Made by a program: the position numbers and the translations under genes
From: Squalus acanthias
Lineage: Eukaryota
Reading direction: 5' to 3'
Assembly: GCA_030390025.1 (NCBI GenBank)
Contig: CM059433.1
Span: forward strand, 12,216,001-12,280,000
Length of the DNA stretch: 64,000 nt
Notes under the pieces: model-generated
What the model was told of the DNA's origin: nothing
Databases searched by the model: none
What the model saw: only the letters and a program-made list of their open reading frames with translations
In this document: positions 25,614 through 39,062 of the stretch, piece by piece
Position numbering within the stretch: the first letter of the stretch is position 1
How the letters are laid out: every line of letters starts with the position of its first letter

Positions 25614-27691
25614 ATGGAGTCTATTCAAGGCTGAGATAGATAGATTTTTGGACTCTAGGGGATTTGAGGGATAAGGGGATCGGACGGGCAAGTGGAGTTG
25701 AGGTCGAAGATCAGCCATGATCTTACTGAATGGTGGAGCAGGCTCAAAGGGCCATATGGCCTACTCCTGCTCCTAATTATGTTTTTATGTTCTTACCCAC
25801 CTGATGAGGAAGATGGGATCTCATCTGAAAGACTGCATATCCTAAAATGCAGCAGCCCCTTGATACTGGACAAATGAATGAATACTGTTTACCACTTTCC
25901 TGTACATCTATAAACCAAACATGCTGTAATTCAGTATGTTACTATTTTTAATCAAGGAGTACAGGTTCAGGATCTTGCTGATTCTTAAAACCGTACCTCC
26001 AAGCAGCTCACAGTATAATGGAGTTGAACAAAAAGTCAGAGCCTTCTAACAGCCGTCAGCCCATTTTGCATTATTACTAAAGAGGTTTATATAAGGACAG
26101 TTTAGCTAGTTTGATATCAGCCGTCATGTTTGCAATCTTCCACCCGGATTTTACTGTGGTATAGCAGGAAACGGTTTTCAATGTCACAGATTCAGAATTG
26201 CTACTCTTATTTATCATTGTACCAGTTACTTTCCTATGAGAATATTGTTGTTATCCAAATCATGACACTATATGGTGCCACAATATTGTTTTTGATGCGT
26301 TATATTACCGAGCCTTCAAAGATTTTCATAACATTAGTGTTGTACAAACTACCAAAAGATTAGCTTGAATTAAAAAATGGCTATCACCATGTCTGTATTT
26401 GTGATGCTGAAAGCTGGTTCTTTGTCAAAAGGGAACATTTCAAACATGGTGAGCATTATCAAACACACAGTATTGTCCTCACAAACTTGAAAAATCCTTT
26501 GACGCATTGTCAATATTACAAAATGGACCAATTTTTAACAGTAGAAACAAACAAGAAAAATGGTCACTCCTTTTCTCAGCATTGTGGTCGATTCACATGT
26601 TCTAATGCACCACTCCAATTTAGCATTAAGCATGATTGAAGGCACCAATGGTGTTCAGTTATATGCAGTTATGGATGTAGCTATGTTAAATATTAAAATT
26701 TGATTAATTATAGAAGCTGGTGATTGAAGAGCAGTAAATGTGATCTAACTAAGTTAACTATAAAACTTTTTTTATTTGAATCTATGGTTTATGAACTAAC
26801 ACAGTCCTTTCAAAATAATGTAATTGTTGCACCATTTTAAATTAAGATGTTGCAAACTTAAAATTGAACTGCTGTCAAATCATTCTGTGTTTCGTACTGA
26901 TTTTAATTTCAGATTTTATTTATAAGGACTAGGATCGGCTTTGTTGTCAAACAGTTTTTAATAGTACCTTAGCCAGCACAGGGCACTGCAATTAACTAGG
27001 GACAATCAGAGTTCCCATTCCCAATTGCGGTAAACCCTGCTACAAACTGCGTGTGGATGTTGGTTGTTTGACTGCAGCACTCCGTGTCCCCACAGTTGAA
27101 TAGCCTGCCAGCATTCCCTATCCAGACTAGGAGGAAGCTGGTACATGTAGAACCTTACCCAAGTATGAGTCACTGCCTTCAGGATAGTAAGGTAGATGGA
27201 AAAATGTATCTTGGCGAGCAAAATCCTCCACAACACCTGGACAGACTACCAAACATCCAGGGTGTCTCTGAGCAGAATCCCTACTGCATAGTTAAGTGCA
27301 TATGATTATAAACCAATTTCTTACCAGTGGCTTCCCTTAACTAGGTTTCTCATAAACATGTTCATGATACGGGATTTGGAAAATTCCATCTCGCACAGCA
27401 TATCTTCATCCCTTATCCAGATTTGAGAAATGCCTGGTCTTTTTGTGTTTATCCATTTGAAGATGCTGTGTTTAAGAAAATTTGTACAGCAGATCTGTTT
27501 ATATTTGCAGATTGTAAGTGGCTATGAGATACCCTAGTGTTTTGAAAATTGCCTCTTTACTGTTTAAAGGGTTACTGTATAGGATGTTATTTATCCTTTT
27601 TGTAGATAGTGAAAACATGGAAATTGCTTACTAAGCACGACGAATTGCTGCATCAGAAGTGAACTACTTTACACACTTTGTTTTCACGTAG

Positions 27692-27859
27692 TCAAGTCTA
27701 CTGTATGGAAAATGCCCATGGCCAGTTGGTACGAGACCTTGACTTCAATCCCAACAAGCAATACTACTTAGCGAGCTGTGGCGATGACTGTAAAGTAAAG
27801 TTTTGGGACACCAGAAATGTTCATGAACCAGTCAAGGCTTTGGAAGAACATTCCCACTG
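27692..27859 (+). CDS. EIPR1: EIPR1 coding exon
   Basis: cgtag|T...TG|gtaagt; encodes [55 protein letters not shown], a WD40 repeat. Confidence 0.95.
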
Positions 27860-28073
27860 GTAAGTGTTTCCCTTATTTCTCTTGGTCAAGATGGCAGGAT
27901 TATTCAATTCAGCAATTTCTTTATGTACATCATCAGTATTGTTTCTTGACCCACCGACTAAGAGCTATGTTTAAACAGTTGAGAACAGTAAGAGCCAATT
28001 TTTTCTTGCTTCCCAGAAACAGATACCATTTTCCCATGTTATTTGTGACTGGGATTATAATTTGGATCACATG

Positions 28074-28227
28074 CAATGTTCCCTCTAATTTTTTTTTGTG
28101 CTCGGTCCCTTTAACTGGCTGTGCAGCCCATTCAAATTTTCGCGCATGCGCGGTTTCTAACATGTAAAAGCCGGTGAATAGCCTGCGCAGGACCTCCAGA
28201 CTGCTGCGCAGTTTAGCAGGAACGTTG
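28074..28227. mobile_element. hAT-type MITE
   Basis: TIRs CAATGTTCCCTCTAA and TTAGCAGGAACGTTG; 8-bp TSD ATCACATG/GTCACATG, 7/8 match. Confidence 0.7.
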
Positions 28228-30908
28228 GTCACATGGTGGGAACCCAGCATTCATGCTATAGCTTTTAGACTTTTTTGTTATCGGTTAAAATTTATTTTGA
28301 TGGGTTTGCTGGGATTCTGATCTGATTGGCAATGCAAGTCTTATATCTGTCACTGTTTGGCCAATAGTGTATCGAAAATTCTGAGTAGCTTCTAAAATTG
28401 GTCACCATCAGTTCTTTGACTCTTGGCAATCTGTGACACAGTTTCTATTTTGGGTCTAAATACAAGATAATAGTATAAAAAAATACACATGCATCTGGCT
28501 AAAGAGTTACATTTTCCACTTACAAAAAATAAGTTCCCTTGATGTCTCAGTGGCTAAAATGGACTTGTTCCTGATGTACTGAGCTATACACCCAAGGAAC
28601 GTTCCAAGTTTGATCTCTGGTGCATTCCGAATTTACTGATAACAGGCAAGGTAGTGATAGAACTGCTACAATGAACTCCGCATCTGTGCGCTAACGAGGG
28701 ACAACAGTGAGCCTGGGGTTCTGCTCATGATTTCTATCATGTAATTCCTGATGGAATGTGTATATGTGTGTGCGTGTCTGCTTTTGCGCATTAGATGAGG
28801 ACATGGTCAGACTTGACTGTGGTGTCCCCTGCCAATCATAGGCCAGTTCTCAGGCATGATTACAGCACTAAAAACTACATTTGTGAACAATCTGACTTTC
28901 ACATTTATTGTTAAAACATTATGGATTAAATAAAACTAATAAAATACTGTGTTTTTTAATTTTACATAATGCATAAAAAGATACATGTCATCACGTGCAC
29001 TACAGGGTGACTCCATGATCTGCCGCTCCCAGCAGAGAGTTACATTTGCAGGGAGAGAATCATAGGGATGCAGCTCATCATTTTCCATCCATTAATTCTC
29101 AAGATGCGATCACTGCAAGCGCCGCTTCCTGCTGGGAGCACTGGATTGCAGAATTAACCCCGTACATTTCAATTTGATGTAGTTTGGATATTTAATGTCA
29201 AACTTACATTAAAAAAAACTTTGAGAACTTTTTTGGAGGCTCTTCAACATATAGTATTTTTGACTTCCCTTTGGATGTGAATTAAAATACATCAGCACTT
29301 ACTGCATACAAGGTTTAGACAGGTGAACTATTACGCTGGATTAATTAAGTTTTCTGTACCTGATTTAAGTTCCAAGTCACAGTGTATTTTACAATATAAA
29401 GAAATAATGTTTCTTTTAGAAAAAAAAGTGTTAATAAAGCCTGATCGCATAGCCTGGTGGTGCACTGGAGGTGTTATCAGTATTATCCTTGATGGGGAGA
29501 GGAAAAAGTTAGATAATTGCCTCCTGGTAACTAATTGTATATGACTTTGGCTGCACTAACCACCCCATTGGTTGAATCTATCTATCTATCTTTTTACCTC
29601 CTTTCTTTCTGGGTCAGAAATGGTAAGTGTATCTTTCTTCATTCAAAGAAAATCAGTTGAATTTTGAAACCAAATAATTCTCTTACCTGTGTTTTGTTGA
29701 GAGTTCAAAAGGTGCATGTTAATCACATACAGCTATGAGATGGAAATTGTAATTTCTAACACATATGAAATAGAGGGAGACAAAGAAACAAATAGAGAGA
29801 AAGGCAGACAAGGACTTTATTTCTTCATTCTAATTTAATTTTTTTTTAACAAGGTTGAAGTTTGAAAGCAAACAAAGTATCTTTTGAGGGAAACGGATAG
29901 AAAGGAGTTTGGAAAGGAAGGGTCGGGAAACTAGTTTAGGGTGAGCGGTGCCTCTAGGCTCTTGGCAAGCACCCTTGGGAGGAGTAGGGAAGAGTGGATG
30001 GAGGGTTAAGGGTGATGTAAGTGACAGTGGAGCAACAGAGAAGGGAGTATACAGGGGTTGAGTGGGTACTTCAAAGAGAAAGCAGTAAAGGTAGTAATAA
30101 GAGTGGGGAGTGGTAGGAAGGTGAAGGGACAGGGGACATAATGGGAGTAAGGGGGTGGGTGGAAGCACGAGTGATTGAAGGAAGGAATGGGAAGGGAGCT
30201 GCTGAGGGCCACATTTTCTCTCAATGCATCACCCCAAATGCAGCCTGCAGACATTGGTGATTTTGTTCCTCGCCAGTTAACGCCATACCACCCACCACCT
30301 CCCACCTGAAAAAGAAAAAGGAGAGAAGTAGGAGGATAGAGATAAAAGTAAAAACAAGAATTAAGGGAGAGAAGTGGCAGAGAAGACAAGAGAGAGGTAG
30401 AATAATAAGAGGGACAGAGAGAGAATCAGGAAGACTGGCAAGAGAGACACCATATTCTTTGACTTACTGGGTTTCATGCCATGGGAAATCAACCAATTTT
30501 ATATAATTATGTGAACAACTGGAAAAATGTAAGTGAGAATGAGGTTTTGGGGCTGGGGGGCGGTGGGGGAGAACAAAGTTACTTGCATCACAAGTGAGTA
30601 TTAATAGTATTACAATTATTATATCTGAGAGGCCATATATCTTTATTGTGTGTCAGTTATTTGATATATTGCTGCAATAAACTTGCTGTATTGCAGTAAT
30701 GGGCAAATGGTTGTCAAATGTAGGTTGGAACAGGACTTAGATAAACATTGGAAAGCACACCAGGAAACACACCAGGTCCCAATGGCAGATGAGCAATGAA
30801 ATGGGAGATTTACTAGTATTAAAAAAGAAGCAACATTGTGGGAACTCTGCAATGTAAAAATATTACTGACACGCAGACACAAAACTTTTAATGATATGGA
30901 AAGATATA

Positions 30909-31400
30909 GGGGGAGAAATTGAGCCTGCTGGGTGCTAAATGAGTGTGTGCAGGGTAAATTTCAAGCAGCAGTGTCCCTCACCTGATTCAAAGTGTGCCAG
31001 GTGCCAAATTGGAAGCCGGCAACTTCCGAGTGTCCAGGGCGCCCGTCTGCTCCCAAATTTGTCAAAGTGGGCTGGTGGCCACCAATGCAAAGGTAAGTAA
31101 AAAAATTTTTAACTTACCTCATGGTGGAGACGAGAAGAGCAGGAGTGCTCCTTGTGGCTCCACAGCAATACTGTGGGCTACTGCCAGCCTGACTTGCCTC
31201 CCCCCTCCCAGAACCTACCTGCGAGCTAGCTTGGAGCCTGAGTCGGCCGATTTTGCGAAGAGCCCCCCTGGCGAGCTGCCCGATTAGCATCAGCAGCTCA
31301 CCGGTCTGATGGTAATGAGTCCCGAGGTCCAAGTTGGAGCGAGCCTTGGGCTGATGTCTTCAGGCTCTAGCCAAACTGGCGCAAAGCTAATTTCTCGGCC
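30909..31400. mobile_element. Harbinger-type non-autonomous element
   Basis: Termini GGGGGAGAAATT and AATTTCTCGGCC; shares an internal AGGAGCACTCCT(T)G-like segment with 8766-9836. Confidence 0.55.
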
Positions 31401-31547
31401 AGAGTAACTAGATCAAAATAATCAATTTGTTGTGTAATCAATGAACAGTATCCGGATGTACTGGAACTATCCTCCCTTTTTGTTTATCAGTATTTATTAT
31501 AAATCCTATTTGTGGGGGTGAAAATATTTTATTCTTTTTGTACGCAG

Positions 31548-31715
31548 GGTATGGGGTGTCCGATACAATCATTCACATGATCAGCTGGTGTTGACTGCCA
31601 GCAGTGACAGCAGAGTCATTCTTTCCAACATGGTGTCTATTTCGTCAGAGCCCTTCGGCCACCTAATGGATGATGATGATTTAAGCGACCAGGAGGACAA
31701 CCACCATGAAGAAAA
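31548..31715 (+). CDS. EIPR1: EIPR1 coding exon
   Basis: cgcag|G...AA|gtacgt; encodes [55 protein letters not shown]. Confidence 0.94.
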
Positions 31716-32326
31716 GTACGTAACCAGTCGCAGTCTTGTAATTTTACAAACACAGCAGCAATTGACAGACAATGTGAGAGGTTCTGTAGCAGTATTAACA
31801 AACTACTGCATATCAATGATCTAATGATATATGGGTATGGTAACCTGGTGGCCATGGTACGGGACTGGAAACCCAGAGGAAACCTTCTCCCTTCCCCAGT
31901 GTCTCACAATGTGGTTGACTGTTAATGCCCTCAGAGCAACCAAGGGTGGGCAAAATATTGCCTTACCAGTGTTGCCCACATCCCAAGAACAAATAATAAT
32001 AATAGATCTATAAAGAACAATCTGTGCATTATCACTGATTTTAGTTCCACTGATCAAAGCAGGTTATAAGTATAATTTTAAAGCTGCAGTATCCTACTTC
32101 ATATATCTAAGGCTTAGTTTGAGAAGTTCAGAGTCCACCAAATCCTTATCTCTTGTGTATTTGGGCAGACTCCTGTGGAGAAACTGTTATTAAGTCTGTT
32201 ACTTTAATATAGAAACTAGGAGGAATTTATTATTAAATTTAATCGGCACGCAAGTTTTTGTGCTTGATTTATAATATGTTTCTATCAGAGTTTGGGGAAA
32301 TTGGAAAGTGTAGCTTTAAAAACATT

Positions 32327-32476
32327 GGGGTAATTTTACCAGGCTCTGCCCCCAATGCTGAGCCTAGCGAGTGACAAGTTCAAGCTGGAAAATTGGGGTG
32401 ACAGTCCTGTAGACCTGTCTCCGCTACTGTGGCCATGAAGCTTCATGCCAGGAGCGGAGCAGCATAAATTACCCCC
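32327..32476. mobile_element. Short Harbinger/Tourist-like MITE
   Basis: TIRs GGGGTAATTT and AAATTACCCC; ATT on both flanks. Confidence 0.6.
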
Positions 32477-33505
32477 ATTAAGCAAACACCTAAAATTTAC
32501 TGACTGTTACACCAATTGTTCTTATCTGTAGAATACCTTGGAATAAATAACGTCATTAACAAAAATGTTTAGTTAATAAAAAAATAAGTGAGACAAATAG
32601 AAGTCTGATACCGTACTGCAACAATTAACTCACATCAGCTTTAGATATTTAAGATAGGATAACCGGGAATTGTTCAGTGCATAGAACGCGGTTCTCTCAT
32701 CTCTAGGACTTGCGTTGGACTTCAACCCGGCTTCGTCTATCTGTTTCTGTAAGAGGAATGTGAGATGTGTTGAGATAGCCTCAACACAAATGGATGAGAG
32801 TCCAGATCACAAAACTACAAATATTTTGTGGCAAAGACTTGCTACCACTGGACAGATTAGTTTATCCATGGCATTGCCAGCACGATAACACCTGGACAAG
32901 ATGCTTCAGTATCGCGGATTAATCCACAGTATACCCATTTCACTTCTGTTCCCATTTAATGTGCCTTTACACCCATAGTATGAACAGAAAGCACATAGGT
33001 CCTACTGAATATATGTCTGCAGCAGGCACATCCAACATCATAAACAGTTACTCCTTTGGATCCAGCTCTAGGATAAATATTACTTCTAATGGGTCACCAG
33101 TAGCTATGGTATATTAGATGATCATTGTTTTTCATAGGTTTGTAGGATAACAGGTGCCATTATAAGTAGGAAATGAAGAATTGTACTTTGTGTTTGAGGT
33201 TTTTTTGAAGCAATTCTTGATGGGTTCAACCTATGTACATTAAATGGCTATTAAATACATGCATAATTGAGAAATTTTAATATTAGATGAGAAAATTAAT
33301 CTTTGCATTGTTGTAAATGGCTTTCTTTGGTCATAGTAAATAGTTCAATTATTGCTGATCATTGAGGATGACACCTATGGTTACAGCTACATGACATCTT
33401 TAAAGGTGACAGTTTCAACTAAAATTTAATTAAGCGATTTATCATTTAACAGAGTAATTTTTTCACTTAACAGGACATTGCCTATATACTGTAATAATAT
33501 ACTTT

Positions 33506-34200
33506 GGGGGAAAAATTAGTTAGCGACCATTTTGGGTCACTAACATCGCCTGGGCGCTAAATTGTGTCGTCGATTGCTAACTTCAGTTTTAGCGCCCCAA
33601 GAGGGAGGCGGTGTGCTAATTCAAGCGCTCCACTTCCTTCTTGGGGCGCTAACCCCAAATATCTGGGCGGTGTGTTCTGCAGCGCTACGCACTGGGACAC
33701 GTAGCATTGCCGCATAGAAGGGCTCTTCCCCTCTGCGGGGTTCTACCTGGACCACTGGGGAGCGGGGTGCCATGCCAGCAGGAGTGCCGGGCTGCCAGAT
33801 TGAGGCACGAACCCCACGTTCGAAGAAGCAACGGGCCGCGACAAGTAAGTCAGACGATTTTTTTTTCCCTGGCCGCCTCCTCCCCTTTATTTAACGCCCC
33901 ACGAGCCTCCTGCCGCTCCGTTCCCGCTCCCTGAATTGGTCGCTTTCATCGCCTGGCGCAGATTCAGGGGCGTGGGCCAATTTTGCAGGCGGGGTGAAAA
34001 CGGGGCGCTGCGCATGGTGCTGATGTCGTCATCGCCCGTGCAGCGGAGCGGGGTGCTTCTGGTTACCGCTGCCGCTAAATTCCCGCTGAATTTAGCGGGA
34101 GTCGTTAGCAGTGCCGCGCCTGGGCGAAATGTCGTTTGCGCCCCGTCAGCTCCCCCGGGGGCGCTAAAGAGAGGCGCAAATGCACCGAATTTCTAGCCCC
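33506..34200. mobile_element. GC-rich Harbinger-type MITE
   Basis: Termini GGGGGAAAAATT and AATTTCTAGCCCC; repeated subterminal GGCGCTAA/TTAGCG motifs. Confidence 0.65.
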
Positions 34201-34454
34201 TTATTTATTAAAGAAAGATAGATACCATTATAAAATGTAACTCTTCGTCAGCAATTCGTCATTATGTTCGTTGAGCAGCGTCTGAATTAAAAAAAGTACT
34301 AGTCACTCATTTTTGTTGTTAATAAATACTTCCAGTATTGGTATTCTTTTCTAATTATTCAAAGCTGCTTTTTGTATCATAATTTGAATGTAATATTTTT
34401 AAAGATAACCTAGAACATTAATAAGAGAATTATGAAGTGCAACTAAACACGAAG

Positions 34455-34838
34455 AAGAAAGAAAGTACTTCCATTTAAATAGCCTGTTTCATGTCTGTGG
34501 AATGTCCCAAAGCCAATGAAGTACATTTCAAGTGCCACTCACTGGTTGTGATGTAGGCATGCATGGCCTCAAACAGCAACGAAATGAATGACTAGATAAT
34601 CTGTTTTATTGATGTTGGTTGAGGGATAAATGTTGGCCAGTACACTGCGTCAACTCTCCTGCTGTTCTTCGAATAGCGCCATGGGATCTTTTACGTCCAC
34701 CTGAGCAGGCAGATGGGGCCTCGGTTTAATGTCTCCTCTGAAAGCCATTGCAGCACTCCGTCAGTACTGCACTGAAATCTCACCTAAGATTATGTCTCTG
34801 GAGTGGGACTTGAACCCTTGTCCTTCTGACTGAGCCAA
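34455..34838 (-). mobile_element. Deu-domain SINE, older copy
   Basis: Colinear similarity to 24129-24594, including GCCATGGGATCTTTTACGTCCACCTGAG. Confidence 0.75.
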
Positions 34839-36244
34839 AAAATGAAATATTCATTGACTTGATAGGACAAAAATTCCTTCATTTTTAATGTGTCTTTTGA
34901 CTGAACTACTGTTTCTGAATTACTGATATGTTTATAGATGATATTACAGTTGTATAATCACTTTGCTTTTTCCTTTGTAAAAAGAACACATTTATTTTCT
35001 TTCTGCCTTAAAATGGAAAAATCCAACCAGATAGTTAGTTCCAATTCTTTATTTCCAAGTGAAGATCTCACGAATAAAATGTTCTCAGGCAGACAGAGAC
35101 AGTAAAGAGTTTGCTGGGTCTTACTGTCTTCAGAACAGTGCCTTAACAGGAAGAGAAAGAAGCCAGCACTGCAAATTTGATTTGTCTGCAAAGAAGTAGG
35201 ACCAATAGTTATGTTGCTATAAAAGTCGAAATGAATGAATATCTTTTTACAGGACAATAATGGGAGCTGGGTGGGAGGAGGAGAGAGGGAGAGAGAGAAA
35301 AAGATGTTAAAGGTTTTACACATGCATACCGAACCCAAAACAAACTCATCGATTTCCCCCCATTATACAAGAACTGTAACATGTCCGTATCCTGCTTGAT
35401 CATTATCTGCCGAACTGACTGTTATTCTACCCATGATGATGATAGGGTATTTCAGGATTGTACTCTGCCACACAGCAACATGTGTGAGCAATGGGAAGCA
35501 AGACAGTGTATACCTTGAGCTAAAACTGCAATATAAGCTGGATGAATTGTAATGGAAGATAAGGAAGCAAGGGCAGGTCCTCCATAAAACCAGGAAGAAG
35601 TCTTATAGCAATATTGTTCCCTGTGTACAAGAATGCACAGAGGTGGATCTACACTTTACCTATGCATGCACATATTTTCAGCCTGTGATTGGTCACAATT
35701 TGCCTAATAATGTAGGTGTGATGAAGAGTCAGATTTGGTATCCATGTTGTGCCATATACATATGAATCAGCAGCTGAAAGGATGCAGTGAAGTGGGTTCA
35801 CTTGAATGAATATGCTTATTCAGTGTGTGCATTTTAGACTCGTGCAATTCAATTGGGCAACAGCTTTATTTTAAACAAAGTAAAGGTAACTACACTACTC
35901 AGCTCTTGTCAGGATAAAACATGTGACTAGTGAACCTTTCCTTCTCTACTGAGGCGCTCCCTGAATAATACTTCTGTGAATGACTGAGAGTACAACCAAA
36001 CTGCATTGACTAAAATATACAAACTGGCATTTCAATGTTGCTAAATACGAACAAGATCAATTTGGAATTCAGTGCATATGGGGAGCAATGTACAAGTTAA
36101 TACAGAGGGATAAATTGTATTCTGCAATAATACTTGTTGGAGAAGCATCACAAGACTATAATATAACAATGTAGGCAACATTGTTCTCTGTAAAAGGGAG
36201 TTATTGAAGTAAAGAAAGCTCAAGGATACTCCTTGAATAATACA

Positions 36245-38185
36245 GAATCATAGAATGACAGAGCACAGAAGGAGGCCATTCAGCCCATTGTGCCTGTGCC
36301 AGCTCTTTGAAAGAGTAATCCAATAATTAGTCCCACTCCCCTGCTCTTTCCCCATAGCCCTGTGATTTTCTCCCCTTTAAGTATTTATCCGATTCCCTTT
36401 TGAAAGTTACTATTGAATCTGCTTCCCCCACCCTTTCAGGCAGTGCATTCTAGATCATAAGTCGCTGTGTTAAAAAAATTCTCCTCATCTCGCCTCTGGC
36501 TCTTTTGCCAATTACCTTAAATCTGTGTTCTCTTTTTATTCATTCACTGGATATGGGCGTTGCTGACAAGGACAGCATTTATTGCTCATCTCTAATTGCC
36601 CTTGAGAAGGTGGTGGTGAGCCGCCGCCTTGAACCGCTGCAGGCCATGTGGTCAAGGCACTCCCACAGTGCTGTTGGGGAGGGAGTTCCACGATTTTGAC
36701 CCAGTGACTATGAAGGAACGGCGATATATTTCCAAATCAGGATGGTGTGCGACTTGGAGGGGAACTTGTAGGTGGTGGTGTTCCCATGCGCCTGCTGCCC
36801 TTGGGTTTGGAATGTGCTGTCAAAGAAGCCTTGGTGAGTTGCTGCAGTGCATCTTGTAGATGGTACACACTGTAGCCACGGTGCACTGGTGGTGGAGAGA
36901 GTGAATGTTTAAGGTGGTAGATGGGGTGCCAATGAAGTGGGCTGCTTTGTCTTGGATTGTGTTAAGCTTCTTGAGTGTTGTTGGAGCTGCACTCATCCAG
37001 GCAAGTGAGAGCATTCCATCACACTCCTGACTTGTGCCTTGTAAATGGTGGAAAGGCTTTGGGGAGACAGGAGGTGAGATATTCACCGCAGAATACCCAG
37101 ACTCTGACCTGCTCTTGTAGCCACAGTATTTATGTGCCTGGTCCAGTTACGTTTCTTGGCAATGGTGACCCCCAGGATGTTGATGGTGGGGGATTCGGTG
37201 ATGGTAATGTCGTTGAATGTCAAGGGGTGGTGGTTAGACTCTCTTGTTGGAGATGGTCATTGCCTGGCATTTGTGTGGCGCAAATGTTACTTGCCACTTA
37301 TCAGCCCAAGCCTGAATGTCGTCCAGGTCTTGCTGCAGGCAGGCACGGACTGCTTCATTATCTGAGGAGTTGCGAATGGAACTGAACACTGCCACTGGAA
37401 ACTGTTTCGTCTTATTTACTCCATCAAAACCCTTCATGATTTTGAACACCTCTACCCAATCTCTGTTCTAAGGAGAACAATCCCAGCTTCTCCAGTCTCT
37501 CCACGTAGCTGAAGTCCCTCATCCCTGATACCATTCTAGTAAATCTCCTCTGCACCCTCCCCAAGACCTTGACATCCTTCCAAAAATGTGGTGCTCAGAA
37601 TTGGACACACAATTCCAGCTGAGGCCTAACCAGTGATTTATAAAGATTTAGCATAATTTCCTTGCTTTTGTACTCTATCCCTCTATTTATCAAGTCAAGG
37701 ACCCTGTATGCTTTTTTTTAAACAGACTTATCAACTTGTCCTGTCACCTTCAAAGATTTCTGTACATAAACCCCCAAGTCTCTGTTCCTGCACCCCCTTT
37801 AATATTGTACCATTTAGTTTACATTGCCTTTCCTCATTCTTCATTCCAGATCATTTCACAATTCTCTGCATTAAATTTTACCTGCCATGTGTCTGCCCAT
37901 TTCACCGGTTTGTCTATGCCCTCTTGAAGTCTTGTTACTATCCTCCTCACTGTTTACTATATTTCCGAATTTCGTATCATCTGAAAACTGAAAATTATGC
38001 CCTGTCTACCCAAGTCCCAGGTCATTAATATATATCTAGAAGATTAGTGGTCCTAATACCGGCCCCTGGGGGACACCACTGTATACCTCCCTCCAGACTG
38101 AAAAACAACCGGTCACCACTACTCTCTGCTTTCCGCCTCGTAGCCAATTTTGTATCCATGCTGCCAGGTCCCTTTAATCCCATGG
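36245..38185 (-). mobile_element. CR1 LINE containing a nested CR1-group LINE at 36531-37389
   Basis: 3' tail AATCATAGAAT shared with the 10350 copy; RT-like segments at 37390-38185; the insert reads LQQDLDDIQAWADKWQVTFAPHKCQ. Confidence 0.8.
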
Positions 38186-38772
38186 GGTTCAATAGATGAG
38201 ATGAATAATACAAAATGATGATGGAATTGGGAGAGAGATTTCAGAAACTTGCTTCCTAAAGCTACCTATTAGCCGGAGCCTGCAACTACATTTTGTGATC
38301 GTTGCTGTAGCAAAATAGAATGGAAATGGCCTAGCAATTTACAGTGGGAAAGGTTGGCACAAGCGTGACCGAAGATTGCAACAGCAAGAATTAAGATTTG
38401 TGGACAAGAAGAGCTCACCTTATGTAAGATTTTTAACATGATATAGATATATAAAGGAGTAGGGAGGACAGTAATTGGGGATGTATTTGTACAAATAATA
38501 CTTGTATCATATGGAGGCAGTGGTGACAGAGGTTTCACTAAATGGATACTGAGAACACAAAAGGGCTGAAGAATTTTTGCTGGGGTGCCAAGGGGAAAAT
38601 TGAATAATGTTGACTGTGTACACTTGTTATGATATCAAACGGTACAGTTTTTGATGTGCTCGTGTTAGTGGCTTCATGCATGTAGCCAAGACTATCTGTT
38701 ACACAATATGTAGTGTAATATGATGAGGTTGAAGGGACTTTCCCATTAAGTTGCATAGGAGACATCTACTAA

Positions 38773-38985
<213 letters not shown>

Positions 38986-38996
38986 TTCTGCAGCAC

Positions 38997-39002
38997 AATA
39001 AA
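38997..39002 (+). terminator. Candidate polyadenylation signal for EIPR1
   Basis: AATAAA 11 nt after the stop codon, followed by T/GT-rich sequence. Confidence 0.35.
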
Positions 39003-39062
39003 CTCTGTTTTCCTTGTTTTGAACTATACATGTATGATTTCTGCAATCTAAAACCCTGACTA

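Larger units (their letters stand above)
23590..25793 (+). mobile_element. CR1 LINE 3' part with two nested insertions
   Basis: GPQLFTIYINDLD, FADN and LVRPHLEYCAQFWSP; resumes after the SINE (RRMRGVLIETY) and after the MITE; TATGTTCT tail. Confidence 0.88.

Noticed and set aside
28537..28830. Possible ancient SINE, with another at about 32660-32830
   Set aside because: Too degenerate to assign by eye.
29930..30450. Short ORFs over a purine-rich tract
   Set aside because: Low-complexity sequence with no coding signature.
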